Below the pieces are notes generated by a model. It was not told the DNA's origin. It was given only the letters and a program-made list of their open reading frames with translations, and made no database searches. The position numbers and the translations under genes are program-made. From the NCBI RefSeq assembly GCF_009834535.1, contig NC_045697.1, positions 67,644,001 through 67,708,000 of the forward strand: a stretch of DNA of 64,000 nt. Direction: 5' to 3'. Below are positions 1 through 12,949 of this stretch, in pieces (positions within the stretch are counted from its first letter, which is position 1; each line of letters opens with the position of its first letter). Source of the stretch: Camelus ferus. Its lineage: Eukaryota.

Positions 1-769
1 TAGTTGTATTTTTGTTAATTTAGATAGACATGTATACCAATATATTATATTACATAACTAATAACTTAGAATTTTTGCTTTATTCCACTCTCTCATTTCA
101 AACTCTCTAGTCAGTATCTGTGGCGTTAATACCATCCAGATCACTTGAGATGCTTTTTGAATCGGCTAGCATACTTTTCCAGAGCACATCACTTCATTTC
201 CATAAAAGTCGTAAGAGATATAACACATTGTGAATCTATATTTCAAGCTGTCTTTGGAAATTATATTCATCTGCAAGAATCCATTTCTTAAAAGAAATTA
301 TCTTATAGGGCAGGATTGGAAATATAACTCAGTCTATCTCCAGAATTTACACACTTACTGTATTTTTTATGAATGATAATAAGCTGACTTGTATACAATG
401 ATGCAGACCTTTGTAACTCTTAGCTCATAACCTCAAAAAATAGTATTAAATCTACCTTTTATTGACTACTTACTGTGTGCTCCACATTTTAAAGATTCCT
501 CTACACACATTTTCTCACTATTACAGCCCAGTCATCATCGATTTAGGACAAGCTACTGTGGACTCTGTCATATATAGAATGTATTCCATTAACTTTTATT
601 ATTGGACAAATGATTGTAACAGACGTAGTTACTAGCAAGAGCTATTTCTTAAAATATTAATTTGTTTTTAACTGCATATTTTTATCCTCACTTGTCACTG
701 TGTAATATTGCAGGTTAGTAGGAAGCGGTGTATGAGACTCATTTTCTGCAGCTGTAGCAAAACTTGATT

Positions 770-1135
770 GTGTTAAGCTTAGTACTTTGACCAGCATTTA
801 GAACTTGGACCATTTAATGAATATGACATGGTACTTCTTTATTGCTTTAATACATTATCCCCTGCTTCTAGTAATTCTGGGCATATTTTTCTGTGTTTAT
901 TGGCAATTTGGATTTTTTTTCTTCTGTCAATTTTTCATTTTCTGCACTCATTTTTTTTTGGTTTGGTTTTTCCTTTTACCATTTATTTGTGGTACTATTT
1001 CATATATTTTGGATTTAGATTCTTTGCTGGTTATGTATCTGAAATATTTCATCCCATGCTGGGGCTTCTCTTTTAACTTTGTCCACCATGTCTTATGCTG
1101 AAGAAGCATTTCCCAACTCAGTCCAAACAAATACA
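770..1135 (-). mobile_element. Old L1 (L1M-type) ORF2 3' region fragment, antisense
   Basis: T-rich L1 antisense phrases, e.g. 'gggcatatttttctgtgtttattggcaatttgg' and 'catatattttggatttagattctttgctggttatgtatc'. Confidence 0.7.
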
Positions 1136-1879
1136 TAGACTATTTTCTTTTGTAGATCCATCAGCATTTTAATTAACTGGCCCATTGCCAGTATTGTATC
1201 ATATGGTCATATGTGGATAGATAAAGGAGTGGAAAACATCAAGTACATTATAGATTAAGTGAGGAAGAATTCCATATAAAGATGACTAAAAGGGGATAAT
1301 ATACTTTAGCTGAGAAATCATGGGAAATTGAAGTGGTTTTGAGAAAACAAGCTATGTAAATGCAAGGATGAAAAATGTAATATATGGTTCAGAGTACACA
1401 CATTAGTCATCCTTTTCCTCTTATATACTGGGTATTGAGGTTCTTGGTTGTTTAAATGTCAGATATTTTCTTTGATGTTGACATTTTCTATAAACCTAGA
1501 ATCCATTTTTTTAAACAGAACAAGCTTAGATTGTAAAATGTCACTTGCTGTTACTTTCTAGAAATACATGCCTGAATGTGGAGTGAATCACTGGGCTGGT
1601 ATATGTACTACTGCAATGGATACTTGCAAAACATCTCACATCAAGATCTAATTAACTTTCCTGGTACCTAGGTAAAAGTGGTGGCCTTTTAAAAATTTTA
1701 CTTCTTATGCAGGGGAAAAAAATCAAAGAACAGAGTCTGTACTGCCAACAGGTGAAAGCAAATCTGACAAAGATCAGAGTGTAATTACTATTGTTGTGTC
1801 AAATGAAAATGGTTTTGCTCATCTACCTCTACTCCAGTAACTTGCCTTTTATCTGCATTACAGAATTCTTTACATAATG

Positions 1880-2065
1880 TCTCTACATGAGTTACTTCTG
1901 GTTCTCAAAACTTTGTGCAATTGGCTGTATAAAAATTATTATCCCCATTTTAGAGATGGAAAAACTGAGGCTCAAAAGTTAAGTTACTTGGTTGTAGTTA
2001 AGGCTCTATTAGCTTGTAGGTGGGCACATCCAGAATTTGTACCCAGGTCTTTGGAATTCAAAGGT
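1880..2065 (-). mobile_element. MIR SINE
   Basis: MIR core 'attatccccattttagagatggaaaaactgaggctc'. Confidence 0.85.
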
Positions 2066-2212
2066 CTGAGTTTGTTTTTTGTTTCTGTTTTGTTTTTCCC
2101 TTTACCTGACTATATCCCTAATTTGTATGTTGGGACCCTGATACTGTCAAATGGGTTCACTGTATAGCCAACATATCAGCCTGATACAGATGCTAACACG
2201 GATTGGTAGAGG

Positions 2213-2812
2213 AATACATGGTTTTAAAACGTGTACGGGGTGGGGAGGAGAGTATAGCTCAGTGGTAGAGCACATGCTTAGCTTGCATGAAGTCCTGGGT
2301 TCAATACCCAGTACCTCCATTAAGAAAATATGTGTGCAAATTATTTGACACTATTTCCATCAAAATGTGAAGTCTAATTCCCCTCTACTTTAATATGGGC
2401 CAGACTTCATCACTTTTGACTAACAGGATGTGGCAGAAGTGATGCTGCTTGGTTTCCAGGCTAAATCATAAGAGCACTATGGCTTCCTCTTGGCTCTCTC
2501 TCTCAGGACACTTGTTTTTGGAACCCATTCACTGTGCTGTGAGGAAGCCAAGCAGCCACATGAAATGCCGGAGTGGAGAAGTTCTGGCCCCAGCCCCAGC
2601 AGAGGTCCAAGCCAACGTCCAGCATCAAATGCCAGGCAGGTGTATGGGGGAATCTGCAGATGATTTCAGCCTTTCAAGCTTCAGCTCACCCTACCCGATG
2701 CTGAGTGGAATACAGACAAGCTGTTCCCAAGCCCAGCCCAGATCACAGATTCAGGAACAAAATAAAAGTTGTCATTGTTTTAAGCCATTAAGTTTTGGGA
2801 TGGTTTGAATAC
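2213..2812 (+). mobile_element. MaLR solo LTR (MLT1G/F-like), interrupted near its 5' end by a SINE
   Basis: 'gtctaattcccctc...tgtggcagaagtgatgctg', AATAAA at 2761, and a 'gttttaagccattaagttttggggatggtttg' 3' end. Confidence 0.8.
2242..2330 (+). mobile_element. tRNA(Ala)-derived SINE (camelid Vic-1-like)
   Basis: A box TAGCTCAGTGG (2255-2265), B box GGTTCAATACC (2298-2308), GGGGAGG leader and short A-rich tail; inserted at a TT/AAAA site. Confidence 0.85.
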
Positions 2813-2849
2813 AGTGAATATAGCAAAAATATAGTTTCACTCACACTCA

Positions 2850-3130
2850 TGTATTTAGCACTCCCTATGTGCTGACACCGCGCTTGGTGCTCGGAATGAC
2901 AGGAAGAAACTAATAAGGGAACCAACATTTGCAGATACTGTGATTTGTGGAGCCTTACATGTATTATCCCAAATCACTCTCAAAATAAGCAGTAAAGACG
3001 TTATAATAATCTTAATCTGGCAGAGAAGAAACGGAAGAAGCAAAGTTAAGAGATTAGCTTTTGATTACAGTACTGGTCAACAGCAGAACTAAGATATAAA
3101 CTTAGGTTTTAGGACTCCGAGTTCATGCGT
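2850..3130 (-). mobile_element. MIR SINE (degraded)
   Basis: 'tttagcactccctatgtgctgacacc...ccttacatgtattatc...cagagaagaaacggaag' layout. Confidence 0.6.
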
Positions 3131-3199
3131 GTCAAAGAGTGATTAGGATGTTCTTGCTAAATATGAGGGTATTAAACTTGGGATAAGTTTATAACTAAT

Positions 3200-5700
3200 A
3201 AGTGATTCAATAAATGCTGTAATAGATGGATGTGCAGTGCTTCAGGAACATAGATGGCAAAATTATTCTTCATTCTGACCTCTCTTCCAGCCTTAATTAA
3301 GATTCCTTCACACTTTTGCATTAAGAGTTATTAGTCACTTGGGTGTTGAAAGAGGTTTGGGAGGAGAAGGGTTCAGAAGAACACTCAGATCAGAGGGAAA
3401 AATATAACAAAATCACAGATGCAAAGGGCCTGGGGATAGGTGAGGAAGGACTGGGGTTTGGGCTGGTGTGAACATAGGGGACAAGGGTAGGAGAGGCTAG
3501 AGGCAAAGCTGAATGAGAGAAAGGAGTCAAGCCAAGAAAAGAGTTGGGCAAGACTTTATTTCTCAAGTGAGAGAGTTTGCATTCTTATTCTAGAATCAGC
3601 TGGGAGCTGGGGATGTTTAAAACAAGGGGGTGTTTGACCAGATCATTAGTTTAAAATGACAGGTTGGGTTGCCGTGTGGAGCTGTCATTTCAATGGTTAA
3701 TGCAGTTAGGAAACCATTATTATAATCCTTGTGAGGAATGAGGGGAACCTACAGAGAGGAGAAGCAGTTGTAATGAAGAGGAGAGAAGTGATTCTAGAGA
3801 GGTTTAAATAATAATTTTGAATTACTTTGAGTATGATTTAGATGGTCTGTTACTGGACGGATGGATAGTGAGTCCTTGATTCAAAGCAGAAGGTAGAAGG
3901 TGAGTATGTATAAGAGGGAGGTTGAGTTGATATTTAAAAATGATAAATCAGGAAAATTAAAAAAACAAAACCTTAATACAAAACTAAAAGTGTAAGTCTG
4001 TAGCTCAGCAGAAAGTCAAATTTGAAAGGTGGATATTTGAGAGTTAATGGAAGGAAGAGATAGGGAATGATTGAAAATAAATGAAATTATCTAGTGAATA
4101 CTAAGGGGAGAGGGCAGAGAATAAGAGTGTAGGATATCAGATTACTACTTAGGGGGATAATACTGGAAATGAGCCAGTGAAAGAGAATGAGAAACAGGTG
4201 TTAGAAAGAATGAGTAGAAATAAGAGAATATGATTTTCCGGGGTCCAAGCAAAAACAGGGAGCTAAAAGTAGCACAGGATACAGAGAGTTTAGGTAGAAC
4301 GCATGCCAAAAACATGCCCATGACCTTTAGCATGGAAGGTAAGCTGTAGCAGAGGGGGAGTTTGGAAAGGCTGAACAAGGGAGAACTGGATACTGCAAAG
4401 GGCAAAAGATACAGTTTCAAGAGCAGGAAGTTGCTTTTGTTAAATTTATCCAACTTATCTTCGCTGAAACATCATCTATTTCTTCTTTAACATGTTTATA
4501 CTATTATTTGAGTTTGAGAGAAGTAAATATGAAGCATGAGCATACAGTATCAAAAAGTCTGGTGAAACTGAGTTTAAGTGAGAGTGGGAAGTAAAGAAAT
4601 CCTGACAATAGATAAACAATGCTTTAGTAGTTTGCTGAAAGGAGGAAGAGAAATAGGGCAGTAGCTCAAAGATGATACAAGGTCAATTTTTGAAATTAAC
4701 ATTTATACTAACATGGGTGATAGCACATGTTATTTTTAACACCTATCTAAACATGTATACATATTAATATACATTTGTAAAGGCTATGTAGATGTAGATG
4801 TGTATAAATACACACACACACACAAATACAGGTATAATATATACATATTGCACAGACTGAATGTTTATCTTACCCCCAAAATTCGTATGTTGAAACCAAT
4901 CACATCATGGTACTTGGAGGTGAGGTCTTATAAAGGAGACCCCAGAGGTCTCCCTTGCCCCTTCCACCCATGTGAAGACACAAAGACAGAACCAGGAAAC
5001 TGGATCTCACTAGACAGCGAATCTGCCAGTGCCTTGATCTTGGACTTCCCAAGAAATAAATTCCTGTTGTTTAAGCGACCCAGTCTGTGGTATTTTTGTT
5101 ATAGCCTGAATGGACTAAGGCAAATATATACATATTACTGTACATATATACTGTACACGTATCAATGTATACATACACACGCATATGCATATATGTATTT
5201 TCAACTAGAGATATTGGATGGAAATGGAACAGTAAGCGGGAAAACTGATGTGAGAGACAGAATTGCTGGAGTGGTAGTCTGGGATAGCTGGCATCCTGCA
5301 GGCGAGAAGGAGCTGGCTTTTCCTACTTACCTTCGAGTGAAGACAGTTCTTCCAGGTTATCAGGAGGGAAAAACACAGGTGGATACACAACAGGGAGGCT
5401 GGCAGATGTGGTGTCAGACATACGTGGAAGTTGTCTTCTGATTGCTCTACTTTCTCATAGAAATTGAAATCACTGTAATAGCTGGAGAAAGAAAGGGGGA
5501 AGTGCAGGTTACAGGTTTGAAGTCAGAGAAGGAACAGAATAGCGAGGCAGAGGAGTGAGAGCACGAATACGTGCAGGGATGTGGCGGGCCTGCTGGGCCT
5601 TACTCTGCAGTAAGGGAGGGAGGCTTTCAATGAGAATAAGAAAAGAAACATCAGAAGAAAGGTTTAGGAAATGGGGATTCTCTAATGATTAATGGTACAT
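3200..5700 (-). mobile_element. L2 LINE fragments (interrupted by an MLT1A LTR and simple repeats)
   Basis: Long purine-rich degenerate L2 antisense sequence, e.g. 'ggtggatatttgagag' and 'cccatgacctttagcatggaaggt'. Confidence 0.65.
4849..5122 (+). mobile_element. MaLR solo LTR (MLT1A-like)
   Basis: TG...CA ends, 'gactgaatgtttat...cccccaaaattcgtatgttgaa', 'gccttgatcttggacttcc', AATAAA; flanks catat/aatat. Confidence 0.85.
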
Positions 5701-5810
5701 TTCAAAGACAGTGGACTGATTCTGAGGTTGAATAGAGGGTGTACACATCCTTACGGAATGAGAATCTTGGTGATAAAGAATAATCTAGAAATATGAGATT
5801 TCTCATGATG

Positions 5811-6217
5811 TGTTATGACTGAAGATTCCCTGTTTAATGGAATCCTGACACTACACCCCAAGTTGATATATTGAAGCCTCAGCACCCTCAACGTAACTTG
5901 AAGATAGTATTTGAAGATAGGGCCTTTATAGTGTAAGGTTGCATGAGGTGTAGGGCTAGAACCTGGATCCGTTAGAATCAGTGTCCTTATAAGAGACCCA
6001 GTGAGCTCTGTCTGTCTCTTTTCTGTCTCCACCAAGTGAGAGCTCAGCAATAAGGCAGCCATCTACGAGCAGAAAGAGAGACGTCATTATGAATTGAATT
6101 GGTTGGCACCTTGATCTCGAACTTCCCAGACCCCAGAACTGTGTGAAATAAATTTCTGTAATTTAAACCACCCAGTCTATGGCGTTTTGTTTGTCTTGAG
6201 CGAACTGACGTGTGACG
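5811..6217 (+). mobile_element. MaLR solo LTR (MLT1A/B-like)
   Basis: 'tgttatgactgaa' start, 'gtatttgaagatagggccttt', 'ggcaccttgatctcgaacttcccag', 'aaataaatttctg'. Confidence 0.85.
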
Positions 6218-6391
6218 TCTAAAGTAAACAGAGATGAATAATGGAATGAGTTTTAGAGGGACCATCTCCGTACAGGCTCTTTTGTGGGGCCGAGTATCAT
6301 AGGTGAGAGAGAGAGAGAGAGGCAGGGGTCTTTGAGGAGCAGTTAGAGCCCTCATTTCACCACTTCACTTCTACTGATGCTGACGTGGAGG

Positions 6392-7332
6392 TGTCCTGGG
6401 GAAAGCTCAGTCCTCCTCCTGTGTTTCCCCTTCGTTCCCACACTGCTACCAGGCTCACAGCACTTTGGACGTGGGTGTGAGGGCCGTTTTCCCCACCAAG
6501 CAATACTCTGCAGCACCAGTTGTGTGTCCTGCAATTTAATGGAATCCTGACACTACCTACCTGGAGACATATCAGTTCCCACAGGATAAGGACTCAGTCC
6601 CACAAGACCGCTCCCATCCCACTTCAGATGTCAATCAAGTCCAGGTTGACAGCTGTGCTTCTGACCCGTTGGCTATAAATCTGAGGTTCCCAAGACCCCC
6701 ATCTTGCATTCCATTAATTTGCTATAGAAAAGCACATAGAACTCAGGGAAGTACTTATCTTTACCGGTTTTTTAAAGCATATGATAAAGGATACAGATGA
6801 ACAGCCACATGAAGAGATACAGAGGGTGAGGTCTTGGAGGGTCCTGAGCACAGAAGCATCTGTACCTGTGGATTTAGGATATGTCACCCTACTGGTATGT
6901 GACTGTTCACCAAACTAGATCTCTCCAAACCTCAGTACACATTGTACTTATGGTACATATTGGTTTTTTTTTTTTTTTTTTTTGGAGCCTGCATCAGATA
7001 GGCATGGTCAATTATTACCTCTGTTTCCAGCGCCTCTCCCCTCTGGAGAAGTGAGGAGGGTGGGGCTGAAAATTCCAAACTTCTTAGTACAGTTTGATCT
7101 TTCTGGTGACCTGTCTCCATCCAGGAGCCCACCCAGAGATGTCTCATTAGAACAAAAGCATTTCTACCATTCAAGAAATTCCAAGGGCTTTAGGAGCTCT
7201 GTGTCAGGGACCAGGTCAAAGACCAGATATTAGAACAAACGATGTTCCTAGTGCTCTTATCACTTAGGAAATTACAAGGGTTTCAGGAACTTGGGGCAGA
7301 GACCTGTACTATGTACTTTCCATTATCTCACA
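6392..7332 (-). mobile_element. ERVL-class solo LTR (MER21B-like)
   Basis: TG...CA ends with 5-bp flanks ggagg/gaagg; 'ggactcagtcccacaagacc' and the duplicated 'caagggtttc/ttaggagc' unit. Confidence 0.85.
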
Positions 7333-7353
7333 GAAGGCAGGGGAGGGAAGCAG

Positions 7354-7808
7354 GTGTTGCTGCTGCTTCATTTATTTCCTTTTGCACTCACTGTTCCTGT
7401 GTGTGCTCACCCAGCAGACTTCTGCTGCAAGTGCTTGTGACTGCTTGCAGGGCACTCTGGCCACTGGAGAACACTCGGCCCTGTGGAAGCACGTCAGAAG
7501 TACTGGGATGTTAATTTTCCTGGGAGTAGCTCCCATCCACTAACTGATAGCAGTTGGTGAATAAATTTCCCAACATTTTAGCCCTGAGTGAGGCAACTTT
7601 GAAGATTTTCCATGCAGTCTCCCAAAAGCTCTCTCTGGAACTGAGCCTCAGTTGCATAAAATGGTACCCTGCTCATCACTGGTCCTGCACTGGATCCCTT
7701 TCTCCCCTGTGCTGTTTATCCATTCCCTTACAAGTGCTCCCCGGGATCCCCTCTCTGGTAAACTACTTGCATTCAGGTTTCACTTCTGGAGAAACACAAT
7801 CTAAGACA
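7354..7808 (+). mobile_element. ERVL solo LTR (LTR16-like)
   Basis: 'aaactacttgcattcaggtttcacttctggagaaacacaatctaagaca' 3' end. Confidence 0.7.
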
Positions 7809-8039
7809 TCATTCTATATCAATTTCTAAGTTGTGGAAACTGCTTATCAAACATGAGTGAAAAGTTATACAAAAGTTACTTCCTTTTAATCTAGCCCCAC
7901 TCAGTTTTACATATTATTACTATAGGCACAGAATATTTCATAATTTCCTTCTTTGGTTAAATACTATTAGTTTCCCATTATATGCTAAAAAATATATCAG
8001 TAAATAATAAAAGTTGGTTATAAATCCAGTAAAAACAAA

Positions 8040-8445
8040 AAATAAGTATAATTTAGTATACTACTTGTCTCAGAAATAACTAATACTAAGTTTTCATAAT
8101 AGAAATTTAATATTGATCTAACCAAAAGCTGAGATATGAATATACAGGAAAAATAGGGCAATTATATGGAACTTGTCATATGAGCTAAATGTCCATGACC
8201 ACAGTGACCATCAGTAGATGCTGCCTAAATTGATAAACCAAGAATTTTTGAAATTGTAATTTAGTCATGGAGATAAAAAACATAAAACACAAGCAAAAGA
8301 ATGTAAAATGACTGCTTCTGGAGAGTAAGGCTGGAAGGTAGAGAGTCAAGGAGCAAGGAGGTGTGGTAATTAAACTTTTTCCCCATCAACCTAATAATAC
8401 TCTGATTTCTGAAAACTGTGTGCATGTATATTTAATAAAAAATAA
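8040..8445 (+). mobile_element. Old L1 3' UTR fragment (L1ME-like)
   Basis: A-rich sequence, 'gactgcttctggagagtaagg', ending 'atttaataaaaaataaaa'. Confidence 0.5.
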
Positions 8446-9569
8446 AATACATATTACGCATTCTGCTGTCATACATATGTGCCCCTTTTTATACCACTTC
8501 CATATGTATTTGTGTCTTGAGATCATAGAGAAAACAAAGTTCTTTCATGAAAAATTAAGGCTGGAAAAAGAAGGCACTGGTCTCCTGGAGCCATCTCATG
8601 TCTAGCACATTTTTCAATTCTTGTCTTTCACAAAATTTATTAAGTTCTATAGTTGCCTAATGTCTTTACTTCTTAGGTAGCTAACTAGATGCTATGTTCT
8701 TTCAGTCAAGGGTCATGTTTTTGTTCTTTTAGTAGAGAAATCACCAATACATTCTTAGGTCATTGACCTCTCTGACTATTACTCTTTCTCCTGCCTTCTT
8801 TCTTATCTTGCAAAGCAGGTCTAGGACTAAGGGAAAAAACACTAAATTTTTCTACATTGTATTGAAACATATGCACCTTTACTTTTTAGGTTATCTTGGT
8901 ATATCTATTTTGAACTACACCTTTTCTTCTGTAAGCAATTAAGGCCAGCATTTCTTTTTTCTTTTATTTTTGAGCCACTTACTATCTCCCAGGTTTTAAT
9001 GCCTCCTCTTCCTGTAAGACTTCTTCCTAATTATTGTCAATTTATGATATATATGGGAAAACCTTTCATAGTAATCAAGAGAGATTGCTGAAGTGCTAAT
9101 GTTCTCTTACCCTAATTAATGTGCTCAGCTTTAGAAATACATAACTGCACTTACCTTGAAAGTGATTCAAACATTGTCTACAAAGCAGAATTATTATTAG
9201 TTTCAGCAGATCTGCAAGCAGAATTTTCACATTGCCAATAAATAGACAGGAAAAACAAGAGGGATTTTTTTCTTTTTCTCTTTTCCTTCCTTCCTTCCTC
9301 TCTCCCCTCACCCCCTTCTTCTTTCTGTATTTCTGCATTCGAGACTAAAATAGACGTCAGCACCTGTAAATGCAAATCAAGAAAGCTAATATGTATTATA
9401 AATAAAATGACACTTCTGTAGTGTATAAACGAATACCAATGCACTGAAAGAAAATACTTTCTTATCTACATTTTGTTTTCTTAATTTTAAACAGGCATTA
9501 TTAGAGAAGGTTGAAAAGTCCCTTTTTTAATTTTATCCCTGTATATACCTTACTGTTCTTGTGTGTGGT

Positions 9570-9730
9570 AAACATTTCTTTTCTTTTTTGCCATTTTAAC
9601 CATTTTTAAGTACACAATTCACCGTTGTCAAGTACACTTACAATGTTGTAAAATCACCACCAGTATGAATTTTTAAAACTTTTTCATCATCCCAAACAAA
9701 AACTCTCATCCATTAAACAAAAACTTGATT
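9570..9730 (-). mobile_element. L1 3' end fragment (L1MB-like)
   Basis: 'ttgccattttaaccatttttaagtacacaattca...catcatcccaaacaaaaactc'. Confidence 0.75.
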
Positions 9731-10796
9731 TTTTTCCTATCAAACTATTAAAATTCTAATATAAATATATGGGGTTTGGGGAGTTTTGGTAATTGTTTAA
9801 ATGAAAAGAAAATCAGAAAAGCTAATTTAATTGAAGAAAATTATTTTTTAATTTGGCAATTTTCAGAGTTAAAAGAGATATATTCTGGTAATATAACAAA
9901 GCTTTGCCTTGATCTTAACTTCTCTTATGTCAATTATCTTATCAAGGATTTTTCTTAATAGAAGAAAGTTGATTCTACTCTTTGGCTATCACTTTTGCAT
10001 TCTTGGTAGCAGTTACCATTGCAGTGGTAACACAAGTTCTAGGCAGCCTTAATCAACATGGTTCTTATGCCTGTCGAGTAGATCTATTTTTCTTAACTGA
10101 CCTTTCAACAGTAGCCTTTAAAAGACAGATTGGAGCAAGCGGACATTCTCATTCAAGAGGACACAGATGTGGAAATGCAAAGATGTTTAAATTATTTTCT
10201 AATTGAGATGTCTTTCTCCAGTCATAATGCTATTTACAAAAATGTTCACCCTGTCCAGCAGTGCTGAATGACACGTATGAAGATGCTTGAATCATATCCA
10301 CTATTGCACAAAGGCATTGAATTCTTTAAAAATAATCTGTGAATAGCTGTTTTCCTAAACACAGTAAGTTACTTATATATTTACCTGAGATCTGATACAT
10401 GTGATAAGGATTTTTAGAACCAAAGCTTCTTTCCATGAAAAGAGTTTTTTTCCCCTGAGTCCTATTTGGACTTAAGATATACTATGCGATTGACTATTTC
10501 AAGGGAGCTAATAATAAGCAAGACCATTTTACCACTGGAAATGATTAATTTATATGAAGATGTTTAATAGCTTCATTTTGTTATTTTTTTCTGAGTGAAA
10601 TTACTGATTTCTCCTTTTTTGCTATTAAAAAATCACAAATTATACTCAAGGTAAATGATAAAGGATAATTAGATGGAAAATGTTTTCATAGAAACCTGAA
10701 TATTAGACGCAATTACTCATTGATGAGCAAAATATCATGATATACATTTATATTATATTTATATGAAAGCCTATATAAATATGTAATTAGTAATGC

Positions 10797-10817
10797 ATAT
10801 ATATATATATATATATA
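10797..10817. repeat. (TA)n microsatellite
   Basis: Direct reading. Confidence 0.9.
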
Positions 10818-11939
10818 AACAAGTAAAATGTTCTATAATATCTAGATGGGTTGTTTGTATTTGAAAGTCTAGGATAAGTGGTTCGTGTAAGTTGTAATTT
10901 CAAACTTCTAAATTTCGTCCTCTTTTAGGACCAGTTTTGTAATGGATGTTTCTCTGAGTGCTTGGAAATGAGTCATAAGGTAACATCTAACTTATTGGCT
11001 GTGACTAGTATTTTATAATGTATGTTAAATATATTTATGAATGTTAGATAGTTTATAACATAACCTTATCTACTTCAATAGAATTAGACGCTTTGACTAT
11101 GAATGACATTATTTGAAAATAAAATGCAATTGCTTTTAATTTAATTCTTTCAGTTTTGCATTTTGAAAACCACAGAACAGCTCTTGACTTTCGCAGTTCA
11201 ACACATTAGCATCTACTGCGGTTGAATGAGTACGTTTTCAATAAGAAACCAATGAATTATGGAGTCTTTTCAATGGTAACTTACAATAAGCAATAATTCA
11301 TGCAATTCATGGAATTTATATTCTTTACAATGTTTTCCCTCCTATGAAATGTGGGTTGGTTGACATCTCCTACAGCCTGCTTAATCTTTTGTAAATATTT
11401 GCAAGTCTGAATTATTGGTATGTATCTTGAGGCTGCTCAAGAAGAAAAAAGACCTCAAAAAGGAAGGGAGATACTAAAAAGACAAATAAAGGGGAAAATA
11501 TGTAAAAAAATAAGCACGGAAAATAGGTCATCCTGTCTTTAGAGTATATCTAATGCTCTGTATTTGAAAAGTTACATCTTGAATATAGAGAGCTAAGGAA
11601 TTTTTTTATTTGTTTGTTTTTACTTTAACAAGCCTTTTTGGAAACAAATGATCTATTAAAAAGAAGACAAAACACACTAACTTTAGCAATTTTCCAAATT
11701 ATACAATCTGGAATGTCATATAAGCTTTTGATGCCCACCCCTTCTGGAAGTTTAATAGCAATTTTGATTTAATATTTGAGAAAATTGATGTACCATTTAA
11801 CAAAAGTCAATTTTTGTTTGTATAATGCAAATATTATTTTTCTAAAGAGGAGAAATTTTGTCTCCTTTTTTGTGAAGAACCCAATCATGTGGATCCACCA
11901 CCCAATTACAATTGATCGTTCTCTCCTGGTGCCAATGTC

Positions 11940-12750
11940 TGTTCTGAGTACACCTGTTAGTTATTACATGTAACCAACAGTCTACAATACAATTACATTT
12001 GCTTGTGCCTCTGATTTCTACCAAGAATGCCGTAAGGGCACAGACTGTGTTTGTTCATTATTTTGTACATGCCTATTTCTTCAGCCTGGGTTATTGCAAC
12101 CCTCCCAATTGAGTTTTGACCTCCCACCTTGCCCCTTCTTCAACAGGGTCAAAAGGAAGTCAGAGCATCTTCTCTTCAAGCTCTTTTCAGTGGCTCCTCT
12201 TTTCCTTAAAACCAATGCCACAATCCTTATCAGGAGCCCCCCAAAACCCTTTTTAATCTCTCCCTGGTGTTTCTGTGTGCCCATCTTCTGTACTTCCATA
12301 TTCTCCCCCTCACGCACTCTGTTCCAGCCACAGCGTCTTCTGATTGCTTCTTGAATAAGCCAAGCACATTCCCACCTTGTGGCCTGGGTGTGAATTCTTC
12401 TTCCTCCCAGAGTGCTTTCCCCCAGCCACTCATGTGGTGAACTCCTCACTTCAAGACTGAGCTCAGATGTCACATTTGCAGGGAGCCTTCTTTCAGCTGC
12501 TTCATGGATTTGCAGTTCTACTCCACTCGCAGCCTTCCCCACTCCCTCCCGCCCCCTAACCCTGCTGGTACTTTCTTTCCCCCATGATGTTTTCCATTTT
12601 TTAACAATTGTATAATTGACTTTTATCGTCTGCCTTCCCTGCTAGGACCCAGGCTCTATGACTACAGGAATTTTTTTTTAATTTATTGTCTGATTTATCA
12701 CCAGCCCTGGTACATGTTAGGTTTTCCATAAATGTGTGTTCACTATCTGA
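11940..12750 (+). mobile_element. L2 LINE 3' fragments
   Basis: Pyrimidine-rich, 'gactgagctcagatgtcac', 3' end 'ccataaatgtgtgtt'. Confidence 0.75.
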
Positions 12751-12949
12751 CCAACAAAAAAAATGAAGAAAAGATATCAAATACTTGTCGTAAATGAATA
12801 AATTAACTGAAAGTAACTGGGAGTCAGGAACTCTAAGAAAAGCTTATATACTTTATAAATATAGAAGTAGTATTCTGGAAAGTCTAATCTTACATAATAT
12901 TGAAGTTAATATTATCTTGTATTATGTCTCTTTCCTCTAATTTGTGATT

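Noticed and set aside
2247..2319. Bona fide tRNA-Ala gene
   Set aside because: Bulged acceptor stem, U at position 37, SINE leader and A-tail, and inserted inside an LTR; treated as a SINE
5325..5335. Isolated strong splice donors (also 3897, 22891, 36465)
   Set aside because: Inside L2 or MIR repeats with no paired acceptor; background frequency
4800..5441. Longest ORF (213 aa)
   Set aside because: Runs across simple repeats, an MLT1A LTR and L2 sequence; no protein-like features
12081..12542. 153-aa minus-strand ORF
   Set aside because: Antisense reading of an L2 fragment
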